From Apilactobacillus kunkeei (GTDB lineage Bacteria; Bacillota; Bacilli; Lactobacillales; Lactobacillaceae), in the NCBI RefSeq assembly GCF_001421115.1, contig NZ_JXCW01000003.1:36257-68256 (forward strand): DNA of 32,000 nt. Direction: 5' to 3'. Below, piece after piece: positions 1 to 8,853 of the stretch. Numbering within the stretch: the first letter of the stretch is position 1; every line of letters starts with the position of its first letter. The position numbers and the translations under genes are program-made. The notes under the pieces are model-generated. The model saw nothing but the letters and a program-made list of their open reading frames with translations, had not been told where the DNA came from and searched no databases.

Positions 1-115
1 AAAGAAACAAGGGGCACCATCTGCTAAGAAGTTAATGCAATCATTATTTGGTAATTGCGAAATTATCAAGAAGAACAAAGGTTACTATATATTGGAAAGT
101 GTATTTAATGGATAA
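1..115 (+). CDS. 3' end of an upstream CDS, probably a class I SAM-dependent (RsmC/MTS-like) methyltransferase; partial
   Basis: Frame 2 is open from the window edge to TAA at 113-115 and reads KKQGAPSAKKLMQSLFGNCEIIKKNKGYYILESVFNG*. From memory, this C-terminal pattern resembles small-domain methyltransferases of Firmicutes. It is not in the ORF track because it has no start in the window. It overlaps the tadA ATG by 8 nt. Confidence 0.4.
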   Translation, partial: KKQGAPSAKKLMQSLFGNCEIIKKNKGYYILESVFNG

Positions 116-605
116 GACAAACGAATACTATATGAAAGAAGCTTTATTCGAAGCGAAAAAAGCATACATGATAAACGAAGTGCCAATCGGTGCAATCATT
201 GTTAAAGATGGTCAAATTATCGGTAGGGGTCATAACCTCCGTGAGTTAAGCAACAATGCGTTGGATCATGCTGAAGTCGTTGCCATTGATGAAGCATGTC
301 GTCGTTTGCATAGCTGGCGATTGGAAGATTGCGATTTATATGTAACGATTGAACCATGTTTAATGTGTGCAGGAGCCATCATCAATTCCAGAATCAAGAA
401 TGTCTACTATGGAGCTAACGATATTAAGGCGGGTGCCGCTGAAAGTCTATATCATGTGTTAGAAGATAGTCGATTGAATCATCAGGTCAATGTATTTGGT
501 GGACTAATGGCTGATGAAGCTAAACATTTAATGAAGTCTTTTTTCAAAGCAGCACGCAAAAGAAGTAAAGAAGCTAAGAAAAAGAGAAATAAGCTTGAAA
601 AATAA
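108..605 (+). CDS. tadA: tRNA adenosine(34) deaminase TadA
   Basis: Cytidine/deoxycytidylate deaminase zinc motifs HAE (DHAEVVAIDEA) and PCxxC (EPCLMCAGAI). The N-terminus MDKTNEYYMKEALFEAKKA matches the usual TadA start. I prefer ATG 108 to the track's TTG at 48, which would run through the upstream CDS end. The gene sits upstream of SRP RNA and dnaX, as in Bacillus. Confidence 0.9.
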   Translation: MDKTNEYYMKEALFEAKKAYMINEVPIGAIIVKDGQIIGRGHNLRELSNNALDHAEVVAIDEACRRLHSWRLEDCDLYVTIEPCLMCAGAIINSRIKNVYYGANDIKAGAAESLYHVLEDSRLNHQVNVFGGLMADEAKHLMKSFFKAARKRSKEAKKKRNKLEK

Positions 606-630
606 TCCTGAATAAGTTAATATAATTATT

Positions 631-722
631 GCCGCAAGGCCTTGAAGCAAAGTTGTGTTTACGAACCGTGTCAGATCCGAGAGGAAGCAGCACTAAGTAT
701 TCTACGCTTGTGCTTCTTGTTT
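631..722 (+). ncRNA. ffs: Small (4.5S-type) signal recognition particle RNA
   Basis: The tadA-dnaX gap contains GTTTAC...GTCAGATCCGAGAGGAAGCAGCACTAAG. This closely resembles the conserved domain IV core of E. coli 4.5S RNA (GUUUACCAGGUCAGGUCCGGAAGGAAGCAGCCAAGG). GAAGCA (644-649) can pair with TGCTTC (711-716). TATAAT lies at 621-626 and a T-run at 717-725. This is the same locus as scr in B. subtilis. The ends are approximate. Confidence 0.7.
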
Positions 723-736
723 TTTATACAAATAAA

Positions 737-769
737 CTCCTAGTCAAATGCTGGCTAGGAGATTTTTTT
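737..769 (+). terminator. Rho-independent terminator downstream of the SRP RNA
   Basis: 10-bp stem CTCCTAGTCA / TGGCTAGGAG (737-746 pairing with 752-761, one G-U pair), 5-nt loop, followed by ATTTTTTTA. Confidence 0.7.
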
Positions 770-853
770 ATCTATGATGTAAAAACGATAATGGAATAAT
801 TATTGAATAGAATATATAATGTAAGTAACTAGTTTTTTGAAAGGAAGTTTTCC

Positions 854-2665
854 ATGAGTTACCAAGCTTTATACCGTGTATGGAGACCGCAACGTTTTGA
901 CGATGTGATTGGTCAAGATGTTATTACCACCACATTGAAAAATGCGATTGTCACCAATCAATTGAGTCATGCCTATTTATTTGCAGGTCCTAGGGGAACT
1001 GGAAAAACTTCCGCTGCGAAAATTTTGGCAAAGGCAATTAACTGTCCAAATCAAAAAGATGGGGAACCTTGCAACGAATGTGAAATTTGTGAAAGCATTA
1101 CAAACGGAACACTAAATGATGTTATCGAAATTGATGCGGCCTCAAACAATGGGGTTGAAGAAATTAGGGATGTTAGAGATAAGGCCAAGTATGCGCCAAC
1201 TCAAGCAACCTACAAAGTATACATTATTGATGAAGTTCATATGTTATCAACAGGGGCTTTCAATGCATTGCTAAAGACATTGGAAGAACCACCTGCACAC
1301 GTTATCTTCATTTTAGCCACAACCGAACCACAAAAGATTCCGGCTACAATCATTTCACGTGTTCAACGTTTTGATTTTAAACGTATCACCGCAAATGATA
1401 TCTTGGGCAGAATGGAATTCATTTTAAACGATAAAAAGATTGATTATGATGACAAGGCACTAAAGGTCATCGCCAAAGCCGCAGAAGGTGGTATGCGTGA
1501 TGCCTTAAGTATCCTAGATCAAGTATTGTCATTTGGATTTGATAAGGTGACTTACGAAAATGCGTTGCAAGTAACTGGTAGTGTGACCAAGTCACTACTA
1601 TCAAAATACCTAACTAATGTTGTGAACCACGATGTTAAGGATGCACTATCAGATGTTAGACAAATGCTAGAATCTGGTAAAGATGCAGCAAGATTTGTCG
1701 AAGACTTAATCAAGTACTGCCAAGATATCTTGTTATACCAACAATCACCTGAAATGGTGGAAGAATCAGAACTAGGTGTGATTGATGAGGAGTTCAAGCA
1801 ACTAACATCAATCGTGGACACACAAAGAGTTTATCGTATGATTGTTGATTTAAACGACATTCAAAACCAAATGAGATACACAATGCATCCAGACGTTTAT
1901 CTAGATGTATTGACCGTTAAGTTATCCACTGATAACCAACAAGCAGCTAGTCCGGCGCCAGCACAATCACAACACGACGTGCAACCTGCAAGTGCTTCAA
2001 ATGTTGATAACCAAGTGGTTCAACAATTGAAGGATCAAGTTGCTAGTTTACAAAAACAAGTAGAAGAGCTAACCAAGAACGGTGTCGCTGCTAACAACGG
2101 CGGTAATGCCGCTAGTGAGCCTGCTAGAAGACCAGCTGCTAAGAAACCAGCAGGTAGTTCAAGCAACGCTAGGGTTAACCTAACCAAGATTTATCCGGTC
2201 TTGGACAACGCCACTCGTCAGGATTTGACCAATATTCAAAATATTTGGGATGAACTATTGAGTGGACTAGACGTCACCAAGCGAGCATTGATGAATGTTT
2301 CTAAACCAGTGGCTGCCAGTCATGATGGTGTGGTTGTTTCATTCGAATATCCATTCCTATTCCAAAAGGCAAGTACTGATGAAGAACTACAAGACGCCTT
2401 GGGTAATGGATTGGACCGTATTTTGAGCTACGTTCCAGACTTTGTATTTATCCCGGCTGAACAATGGCCTGAAATCAGAAAGGGTTACATCGTTGCCCAA
2501 AAGAATAGTGGTAAAGACGTTCGAGAAGAATCTGAAAATTCAAGTGTTGAAAATTCAGACAAAAACGATGATAATAATAATGAAAAACAAGACAATGAAC
2601 CCAAAATAGTTAAACAAGCAACACAACTTTTTGGTGAAGATATAATAGATGTAAAAGATGATTAA
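854..2665 (+). CDS. dnaX: DNA polymerase III subunit gamma/tau
   Basis: 603 aa. AAA+ clamp-loader motifs: GPRGTGKTS Walker A, zinc module CNECEIC, DEVHML Walker B, and the SRVQRF sensor region. Q/A/P-rich linker and acidic C-terminal tail. Conserved dnaX-ybaB-recR order. Confidence 0.95.
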   Translation: MSYQALYRVWRPQRFDDVIGQDVITTTLKNAIVTNQLSHAYLFAGPRGTGKTSAAKILAKAINCPNQKDGEPCNECEICESITNGTLNDVIEIDAASNNGVEEIRDVRDKAKYAPTQATYKVYIIDEVHMLSTGAFNALLKTLEEPPAHVIFILATTEPQKIPATIISRVQRFDFKRITANDILGRMEFILNDKKIDYDDKALKVIAKAAEGGMRDALSILDQVLSFGFDKVTYENALQVTGSVTKSLLSKYLTNVVNHDVKDALSDVRQMLESGKDAARFVEDLIKYCQDILLYQQSPEMVEESELGVIDEEFKQLTSIVDTQRVYRMIVDLNDIQNQMRYTMHPDVYLDVLTVKLSTDNQQAASPAPAQSQHDVQPASASNVDNQVVQQLKDQVASLQKQVEELTKNGVAANNGGNAASEPARRPAAKKPAGSSSNARVNLTKIYPVLDNATRQDLTNIQNIWDELLSGLDVTKRALMNVSKPVAASHDGVVVSFEYPFLFQKASTDEELQDALGNGLDRILSYVPDFVFIPAEQWPEIRKGYIVAQKNSGKDVREESENSSVENSDKNDDNNNEKQDNEPKIVKQATQLFGEDIIDVKDD

Positions 2666-2680
2666 GGAGCTGTTATAGTT

Positions 2681-2998
2681 ATGATGAACGGAATGAACAT
2701 GGGAAAGATGATGAAACAAGTTAAGCAACTACAAAAACAAATGGGTGCTGAACAAGAACAAATCAACAACACTGAATTTGTTGGTAAAGCCCCTGAAGAC
2801 ATGGTAGTTGTTACTTTCTCAGGTGACCGCAAGATGAAAGACATGAAGATTAAACCAGAAGCATTGGATCCAGAAGACCCAGACATGACTTCAGATTTAG
2901 TAATCAGTGCCGTAAACGATGCACTTGCGCAAATCGAGAAGACTACTCAAGACTCAATGGGTAAGTACACTAAGGGAATGGGAATTCCAGGAATGTAA
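2681..2998 (+). CDS. ybaB: YbaB/EbfC family nucleoid-associated protein
   Basis: 105 aa. N-terminus [15 protein letters not shown] and the body [28 protein letters not shown]...[10 protein letters not shown] are typical of YbaB (B. subtilis YaaK). It lies between dnaX and recR. Confidence 0.9.
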   Translation: MMNGMNMGKMMKQVKQLQKQMGAEQEQINNTEFVGKAPEDMVVVTFSGDRKMKDMKIKPEALDPEDPDMTSDLVISAVNDALAQIEKTTQDSMGKYTKGMGIPGM

Positions 2999-3019
2999 TT
3001 TAAATAAAGAAGGTTAATT

Positions 3020-3619
3020 ATGCAATATCCTGAACCAATTGCTAAGTTGATCGACAGTTTTATGCGTCTACCAGGGATTGGGCATAAGACAGCGATTAGA
3101 CTTGCATATTTCGTAGTTGATATGAACAAAGACGACGTCGCTAAGTTCTCTTCAGCATTGAAGGAAACCAAGGACAAGTTGATGTATTGTTCAATTTGCG
3201 GAAATTTAACTGATGAAGATCCATGTGTTATCTGTCGAGACAAGACAAGAGATCAATCGACTGTTTTGGTTGTTGAACAACCAAGAGACATCATGGTAAT
3301 GGAAAAAATGAAAGATTATCATGGTTTATACCATGTATTAAATGGTGTCTTATCTCCAATCGAGGGAAAAGGACCAGAAGATTTAAATATTAAGAGCCTA
3401 ATTAAACGTTTGCAAAGTGACGAAGCAATCAAAGAAATTATCATTGCCACCAACGCAACTCCTGAAGGGGAAGCAACGGCAATGTATCTATCACGTTTAG
3501 TTAAGCCAGCCGGAATTAAAGTAACTAGATTAGCACATGGTTTATCAGTTGGTAGTGATATCGAATATGCTGATGAAATGACGCTTTCTAGAGCCGTTTC
3601 TGGTCGAACTGAAATGTAG
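3020..3619 (+). CDS. recR: Recombination protein RecR
   Basis: 199 aa. HhH region [16 protein letters not shown]4 zinc finger [16 protein letters not shown], and a Toprim domain ([18 protein letters not shown]). Confidence 0.95.
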   Translation: MQYPEPIAKLIDSFMRLPGIGHKTAIRLAYFVVDMNKDDVAKFSSALKETKDKLMYCSICGNLTDEDPCVICRDKTRDQSTVLVVEQPRDIMVMEKMKDYHGLYHVLNGVLSPIEGKGPEDLNIKSLIKRLQSDEAIKEIIIATNATPEGEATAMYLSRLVKPAGIKVTRLAHGLSVGSDIEYADEMTLSRAVSGRTEM

Positions 3620-3631
3620 GAGTGAATACTG

Positions 3632-3880
3632 ATGTTAGGATTTTCAAGATTTTCACACAACGTAGGAAAACAATATGATGAATTTCTATTGGATTCTATC
3701 GATCGTGCTAAGTACCAATGGGATCAAGCTACTGAAACCCAAGAAGCAATTTATGAAGTTGACGGGGAAATTGTTGCCCAAACTCGTTTAGCTCGTGAAA
3801 AATATTTATTTTTATATCGAGAAGCAAGAGAAAGAAAAGTTTCCAACAATCGTATTCAATCTTCTGTTATTGATTACTAA
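3632..3880 (+). CDS. yaaL: YaaL family protein (DUF2508)
   Basis: 82-aa ORF 12 nt after recR, in the position YaaL occupies in Bacillus. Its size and charged helical sequence fit the family. The call rests on synteny plus my recollection of the family. Confidence 0.6.
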   Translation: MLGFSRFSHNVGKQYDEFLLDSIDRAKYQWDQATETQEAIYEVDGEIVAQTRLAREKYLFLYREARERKVSNNRIQSSVIDY

Positions 3881-3881
3881 A

Positions 3882-3915
3882 GGTGTCTTTATTCTTTGGA
3901 ATAAGACACTTTTTC
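3882..3915 (+). terminator. Rho-independent terminator ending the dnaX-ybaB-recR-yaaL unit
   Basis: GGTGTCTT (3882-3889) pairs with AAGACACT (3903-3910), with a G-U closing pair; followed by a T-run. Confidence 0.7.
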
Positions 3916-3927
3916 TTTGTTGTTCAT

Positions 3928-3956
3928 TTGTTGAAACGCATAAATTAAAGTACAAT
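3928..3956 (+). promoter_or_regulatory. Candidate sigma-A promoter for the tmk operon
   Basis: TTGTTG (3928-3933), 17-nt spacer, TACAAT (3951-3956), about 33 nt upstream of the tmk ATG. Sequence pattern only. Confidence 0.4.
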
Positions 3957-3988
3957 GAGATAGAAAGATGAAAGTAGGGGTATAGTAT

Positions 3989-4633
3989 ATGGCTGGAAAA
4001 TTTATCACATTTGAAGGCACGGATGGTGCTGGTAAAACAACCATCCTGAACATGGTATTAGATTATTTAAAGGAAGAAATGGGCGACAAGTTAGTTACCA
4101 GTAGAGAACCTGGTGGTAACCCAATCGCTGAAAGTATTCGTGAAGTAATTCTAGACCGCAAAAATGTTGATATGGACAAGCGAACTGAAGCATTATTATA
4201 TGCTGCGGCTCGTCGCCAAAACATTGAACAAACAGTGAAACCAGCGATTGCAGACAACAAGTTAGTTATCTGTGATCGTTATCTTGATAGCTCAATCGCA
4301 TATCAAGGTGGAGGTAGAGAAATTGGTGAGGATGCAATCAATGAAATGAATCAATTTGCTACTGAAGGTTTTTTACCAGACCTTACTATCTACTTTAATC
4401 TTCCAGTAGAAGAAGGATTAAAGCGTATTGCTAAAAATAGGGCGGAAGATGAAGTCGACAGATTGGATGTTGAAACAATCGATTTCCATAACCGAGTTCA
4501 TGCAGCCTACCAACGTTTAGCAAAGGCTAATCCTAAACGTATCAAGTCAGTTGATGCTACTCAATCAATTGATGCGGTATACCAAAATGTTTTAGAAATT
4601 TTGCAACCATATTTAAATGAATTTAAAAAATAG
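3989..4633 (+). CDS. tmk: Thymidylate kinase
   Basis: 214 aa. P-loop FITFEGTDGAGKTT, DRY motif (ICDRYLDSSIAYQG) and a lid region. Confidence 0.95.
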   Translation: MAGKFITFEGTDGAGKTTILNMVLDYLKEEMGDKLVTSREPGGNPIAESIREVILDRKNVDMDKRTEALLYAAARRQNIEQTVKPAIADNKLVICDRYLDSSIAYQGGGREIGEDAINEMNQFATEGFLPDLTIYFNLPVEEGLKRIAKNRAEDEVDRLDVETIDFHNRVHAAYQRLAKANPKRIKSVDATQSIDAVYQNVLEILQPYLNEFKK

Positions 4634-4647
4634 GGACGTGATTTTGA

Positions 4648-4974
4648 ATGAAACTTTTAATTGTAATTGTGCAAAATAAAGATGCTAATAAACTACAAAA
4701 TGCATTTGCTAAGAATAATGTTCATCAAACCAAACTATCAACTACCGGTGGTTTTCTAAAGTCAGGAAACACTACTTTTATGATTGGGATTGAAGATGAA
4801 CGTGTTAATGATGTTTTAGATGTCATTAAGAAGGTTTCAAGTAAGCGTGAACAATACATGACACCTCCAGTTAATTTGGATGGTGGAGTTTCAGACTCAT
4901 CATATCCAGTTAAGATTGAAGTAGGTGGCGCTACTGTAATGGAAATGCCAATGGATAATTTTTATCGATTCTAA
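4648..4974 (+). CDS. darA: Cyclic-di-AMP receptor protein DarA/PstA (PII-like, YaaQ)
   Basis: 108 aa. TKLSTTGGFLKSGNTTFMIGIEDERVN is nearly identical to the B. subtilis YaaQ core as I recall it. Conserved position between tmk and holB. Confidence 0.85.
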   Translation: MKLLIVIVQNKDANKLQNAFAKNNVHQTKLSTTGGFLKSGNTTFMIGIEDERVNDVLDVIKKVSSKREQYMTPPVNLDGGVSDSSYPVKIEVGGATVMEMPMDNFYRF

Positions 4975-4986
4975 TGGGGGAAGAAC

Positions 4987-5997
4987 ATGACCGAAAATCA
5001 AGTGATTGCAGAGACTGAGAAAAAGCAAAAGCCACTGATGGACAAATTTTTACAAGTGGTGAACAATCACGAATTATCCCATTCTTACCTATTTAACGGT
5101 GAAGAAGGGGTCGGAAAGTTATCATTAGCGTTGTTTATAACAATGAGAATGTTTTGTAAGAACGTTTCCGATGATTCAATGCCCTGTGGACATTGTGATG
5201 AATGTCGTAGAATCGCAGAACAACAACATCCAGATGTTGTCATCATCAAACCAGATGGATTAAGTATCAAGGTTGATCAAATCAGATACCTAAAATCTGA
5301 ATTTTCCAAAAGTGGTTTGGAAGGAAACCAGAAGTTCTTCATCGTTTGTGATGCCGAAAAGATGACTACTGGAGCCGCAAACAGCTTATTAAAGTTTATT
5401 GAAGAACCTGGTGCTAATATAGTTTCGTTTCTACTAACGACCAATAAGAATTTAATACTACCAACCATTATCTCTAGAACGCAGGTGGTTGATCTAAATC
5501 CGTTAAACACAAAGGCGTTTAACGAAGAATTGGCCAACCTAGGTGTCATTCCCAGTCAGTTTAAAATCATTAAACGACTAACCAACCAGATGTCGACCGT
5601 CCAAGCATGGCAGGAAGACGAATGGCTAACCAAGATTATTTCTGCGATTAGTCAGTGGTTCAGTATGCTGGTTCAAAGAGATAAAACTTCATTTGTTTTG
5701 GTACAAAGTAATATCATGCCGTTAGTTAGTGATAATAGTAAACGCCAAGTAGTGATTGATATGCTGCTATCAATATTTGAAGATGTTTTAGATGCTAAGT
5801 ATACTGGAAGTAAGGATTATAACTTTCCAAAACAAGCTCAAAACATTGAACAACTAAGCGAAAGTATCAATGAGGCCAATCTAATTCAAATTATGGAAGT
5901 AATCTTAAACTGCAACAACCAAATGGCAGTCAATGTTAGTTTCCAAAATATATTAGAGGCTACTACATTAAAAATTATGAAAATACTAAATAGTTAA
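4987..5997 (+). CDS. holB: DNA polymerase III subunit delta'
   Basis: 336 aa. HSYLFNGEEGVGK degenerate P-loop, zinc module CGHCDECRR, LLKFIEEP and the SRTQ sensor motif. Position after tmk-darA. Confidence 0.9.
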   Translation: MTENQVIAETEKKQKPLMDKFLQVVNNHELSHSYLFNGEEGVGKLSLALFITMRMFCKNVSDDSMPCGHCDECRRIAEQQHPDVVIIKPDGLSIKVDQIRYLKSEFSKSGLEGNQKFFIVCDAEKMTTGAANSLLKFIEEPGANIVSFLLTTNKNLILPTIISRTQVVDLNPLNTKAFNEELANLGVIPSQFKIIKRLTNQMSTVQAWQEDEWLTKIISAISQWFSMLVQRDKTSFVLVQSNIMPLVSDNSKRQVVIDMLLSIFEDVLDAKYTGSKDYNFPKQAQNIEQLSESINEANLIQIMEVILNCNNQMAVNVSFQNILEATTLKIMKILNS

Positions 5998-6012
5998 ATG
6001 GGGTGAAATTGT

Positions 6013-6348
6013 TTGGAGAAACGTGAATTATATGATGGAATCAAGGATTTAGAATCACAAACTGAATTAATGTTGACTCAATTCACTGAAGTTCGAAAAG
6101 CATTAACCGAAGTAATGGAAGAAAATGCCGAACTAAGAATTGAAAACCAACATCTACATGATTTCATCAATGAACAAAAAGAAAATGTGGAAAACGATAA
6201 TAAGAAGAACAGACCACGTTCATCTAAATCTCGTGAAAACTTGGAACACTTATTTAATGAAGGATTCCATGTCTGCATCGAGTTTTATGGATCACATCGT
6301 GAAAACGATGAAAGCTGTATTTTCTGTAATGAAATCTTAAATCGTTAA
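6013..6348 (+). CDS. yabA: DNA replication initiation control protein YabA
   Basis: 111 aa with a TTG start. N-terminal coiled coil (LTEVMEENAELRIENQHL) and a C-terminal zinc-binding region (HVCIEFYG...CIFCNE). Position after holB. Confidence 0.85.
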   Translation: MEKRELYDGIKDLESQTELMLTQFTEVRKALTEVMEENAELRIENQHLHDFINEQKENVENDNKKNRPRSSKSRENLEHLFNEGFHVCIEFYGSHRENDESCIFCNEILNR

Positions 6349-6363
6349 TCTGGAGGAGTCCAA

Positions 6364-7242
6364 GTGCAAGAACAACATAGCTTTACCGCTAACCAAGATA
6401 AAGGAATATTATATCTAGTTCCAACACCAATCGGGAACCTAGATGACATGACTTTTCGAGCAATTAAGACACTTAAAGAAGTTGATTTAATTGCCGCAGA
6501 AAACCCAAGTCACACTCAACAATTGTTAAATCATTTTGAGATTGATACCAAGAAAATCAGTTTTAGAGAAGATAATAAAGACTACCGTATTGATGAATTG
6601 GTACGAACTTTAAATGATGGGCAAAATGTTGCCCAAGTTAGTGACGCGGGGATGCCATCAATTAGTGATCCTGGACAAGAACTAGTGAAAGCATGTGTTG
6701 ATAATAATATTAATGTTGTCCCATTGCCCGGAGCAAATGCTGGATTAACAGCACTAATTGCTTCCGGATTGGTTCCACAACCATTTTATTTCTTTGGATT
6801 TTTAAATCGAAAGAACAGTGACCAGATTTGCGAACTAGAGGAACTTAACCAACATAGTGAAACATTGATTTTCTATGAAGCTCCTCATCGTCTAAACAAG
6901 ACTCTTAAGAATATGCAAAAGGTATTCGGTGCCGACCGTCAGGCGGTATTGTGCAGGGAACTAACTAAGAAGTTCGAAGAATTCGACCGCGGTAGTATTT
7001 CTGAACTAATCGAATGGACCGAAGCAAATCAAGTTCGTGGTGAGTTCGTGGTAATTGTTGATGGTAATAAAAATGCCACCCAAGAAAACCAGGAACAAGA
7101 TGAGTTGGCTGGATTATCCATCCAAGAACAAGTTGACTTGTTTATTGGTAAGGGCATGAAGACCAATGCAGCAATCAAAGAGGTTGCTAAGCTACACAAA
7201 GTTAAAAAACAAGAGATTTACAATATCTATCACGAAATCTAG
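6364..7242 (+). CDS. rsmI: 16S rRNA (cytidine1402-2'-O)-methyltransferase RsmI
   Basis: 292 aa. GTG start 5 nt after GGAGGA. Tetrapyrrole-methylase-fold N-terminus LYLVPTPIGNLDDMTFRAIKTLKEVDLIAAE, plus SDAGMPSISDPG and FYEAPHRL. Confidence 0.9.
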   Translation: MQEQHSFTANQDKGILYLVPTPIGNLDDMTFRAIKTLKEVDLIAAENPSHTQQLLNHFEIDTKKISFREDNKDYRIDELVRTLNDGQNVAQVSDAGMPSISDPGQELVKACVDNNINVVPLPGANAGLTALIASGLVPQPFYFFGFLNRKNSDQICELEELNQHSETLIFYEAPHRLNKTLKNMQKVFGADRQAVLCRELTKKFEEFDRGSISELIEWTEANQVRGEFVVIVDGNKNATQENQEQDELAGLSIQEQVDLFIGKGMKTNAAIKEVAKLHKVKKQEIYNIYHEI

Positions 7243-7254
7243 GAGTGAATAATA

Positions 7255-8013
7255 ATGGAAAACCAACCAACTGTTTTTAGTGAAAAACATCGAGTTACTT
7301 ACTATGAAGCTGACTTTACCCGTCGTATGACCATTGCGATGATGCTAGATGTTATTATCCTAGCGTCAGAAGATCATAGTGATAAGCTTGGTGTCGGCGC
7401 TGAATTTGTCCGCCAGTTCGGAGTTACTTGGGTTGTTATCCAATACGATGTGCATATTAACCGTATGCCAGTGGTTGATGAAAATATCACCATTAACACT
7501 AAATCAAAGTCATACAACAAGTACTTTGCTTACCGTGAATTCACTATCGAAAGTGAATCAGGTGAAGTGTTAATGCACATGACTGGTTTATGGGCAGCTA
7601 TGAACTACAAGGAAAGAAAGATTGCTTCCATTCCAAAGGAAACAGTAGAACCATTTGGTGCTGAAAAGGTGAACCAAGTTCCTAAGATGCCTAAACCACA
7701 AAAGGTCCAATACAACGAAGAAACTAAACAAAGCTTCCGCGTAAGATATACAGATATTGATTCAAACCAACACGTAAACAATGCTCATTACATGGATTGG
7801 ATGGTAAACGTCTTACCTGCTGACTTCCTAACCAACCATACTCCAACTCATTTCCTATTAAGATACGAAAATGAAGTTAAGTACGGATCAACCGTAGAAA
7901 GTTATTACGACATGGAAGAACAAGATGACGGTTCAATTCTAACTAAGCATGAAATCATGAGTGGCGACAGTCATTCTGCAATCGCCAACATCACTTGGCG
8001 CAAAAATGATTAA
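7255..8013 (+). CDS. Acyl-ACP thioesterase
   Basis: 252 aa. Double hot-dog organisation typical of the acyl-ACP thioesterase family (VTYYEADFTRRMT... and RVRYTDIDSNQHVNNAHYMDW). Confidence 0.8.
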   Translation: MENQPTVFSEKHRVTYYEADFTRRMTIAMMLDVIILASEDHSDKLGVGAEFVRQFGVTWVVIQYDVHINRMPVVDENITINTKSKSYNKYFAYREFTIESESGEVLMHMTGLWAAMNYKERKIASIPKETVEPFGAEKVNQVPKMPKPQKVQYNEETKQSFRVRYTDIDSNQHVNNAHYMDWMVNVLPADFLTNHTPTHFLLRYENEVKYGSTVESYYDMEEQDDGSILTKHEIMSGDSHSAIANITWRKND

Positions 8014-8022
8014 ATATTTTCG

Positions 8023-8060
8023 GGTGTGTTCATTTTTATTATGGAGACACCTATTTTTTT
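8023..8060 (+). terminator. Rho-independent terminator ending the tmk-to-thioesterase unit
   Basis: GGTGTGTTC (8023-8031) pairs with GGAGACACC (8043-8051) with one mismatch and one G-U pair; followed by TATTTTTTT. Confidence 0.55.
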
Positions 8061-8068
8061 GTTATAAT
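8060..8068 (+). promoter_or_regulatory. Candidate extended -10 promoter element for tsaB-rimI-tsaD
   Basis: TGTTATAAT matches TGnTATAAT. It lies just after the terminator and 57 nt upstream of tsaB. Confidence 0.35.
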
Positions 8069-8124
8069 TTGTTTTAGAATTATTACGTATATTAATAAAG
8101 TTATTAGGGAGACGGAAAAACAGG

Positions 8125-8853
8125 ATGAAAGTATTGTCTTTAGATACATCCAATCGACAACTAACTGTTGCTATTTTGGATGATAATCAAATATTAGCGA
8201 CAGAAACAACTACTGTTCATCAAAAACATGCGGAATATTTACTTCCAATTATTGATGAATTAATGACAAAGGTGGACTTAACACCATCGGACTTACAAAG
8301 GGTTGTTGTGGCAGACGGTCCAGGATCATACACTGGAATTAGAATTGCGACTGCCACAGCTAAAACTTTGGCATACACCTTAGGAATTGAACTAGTAGGT
8401 GTATCAAGTTTGCAAACCTTAGCGCTAAACATTAAGCAAGAGGGCAGCCTTGTAATGCCAATTTTTGATGCTAGAAACAATAACGTCTTTTCTGGACTTT
8501 ATGAAATTAAAAATGGCGTTCCAGAAAATGTCTTAGAAGACTGTCATACCGACTTTGATAAATGGTTAGACATAATCGATAGCAAAGACAGGACAGTATA
8601 TGCTGTTGGTACCGACGCACCACATTTTGAAGATGCATTGAAGAATAAGTTTGGCGACAAAGTTATTTTTACCGATAGTTTTGATAACTTGCCACAAGCA
8701 GCTAGATTAGGTTTATATGGACAAACCTTATCACCTGTTGAAGACATTCATGCATTTGTACCAAGATATTTACGTTTGACTAAAGCTGAAGCAGATTGGA
8801 AACAAAATCATCCCGGGGAAGAAGTTACTTCATATGTTGAAAAAGTTAATTAA
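8125..8853 (+). CDS. tsaB: tRNA t6A37 threonylcarbamoyl transfer protein TsaB
   Basis: 242 aa. N-terminus MKVLSLDTSN and GPGSYTGIRIATATAKTLA are typical of TsaB. Followed by rimI and tsaD. Confidence 0.9.
   Translation: MKVLSLDTSNRQLTVAILDDNQILATETTTVHQKHAEYLLPIIDELMTKVDLTPSDLQRVVVADGPGSYTGIRIATATAKTLAYTLGIELVGVSSLQTLALNIKQEGSLVMPIFDARNNNVFSGLYEIKNGVPENVLEDCHTDFDKWLDIIDSKDRTVYAVGTDAPHFEDALKNKFGDKVIFTDSFDNLPQAARLGLYGQTLSPVEDIHAFVPRYLRLTKAEADWKQNHPGEEVTSYVEKVN

Noticed and set aside
48-107. N-terminal 20-codon extension of tadA from the TTG at 48.
   Set aside because: This stretch is better explained as the 3' end of the upstream CDS in another frame (stop at 113-115). TadA homologues start at the MDKTNEYYMKEA-type sequence.
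1430-1438. GAT AAA AAG in dnaX as a possible E. coli-like -1 frameshift heptamer producing a gamma subunit.
   Set aside because: The heptamer is T AAA AAG rather than A AAA AAG. It lies at about codon 193, far too early for a functional gamma. I see no downstream stem-loop or nearby -1 frame stop arrangement.
6140-6340. Same-strand out-of-frame ORFs inside yabA (6140-6340), the thioesterase (7379-7573), prfB (22549-22734) and uvrB (30018-30257).
   Set aside because: They are embedded in well-supported reading frames and have no RBS or recognisable motifs. Their lengths (61-79 aa) are within chance expectation.
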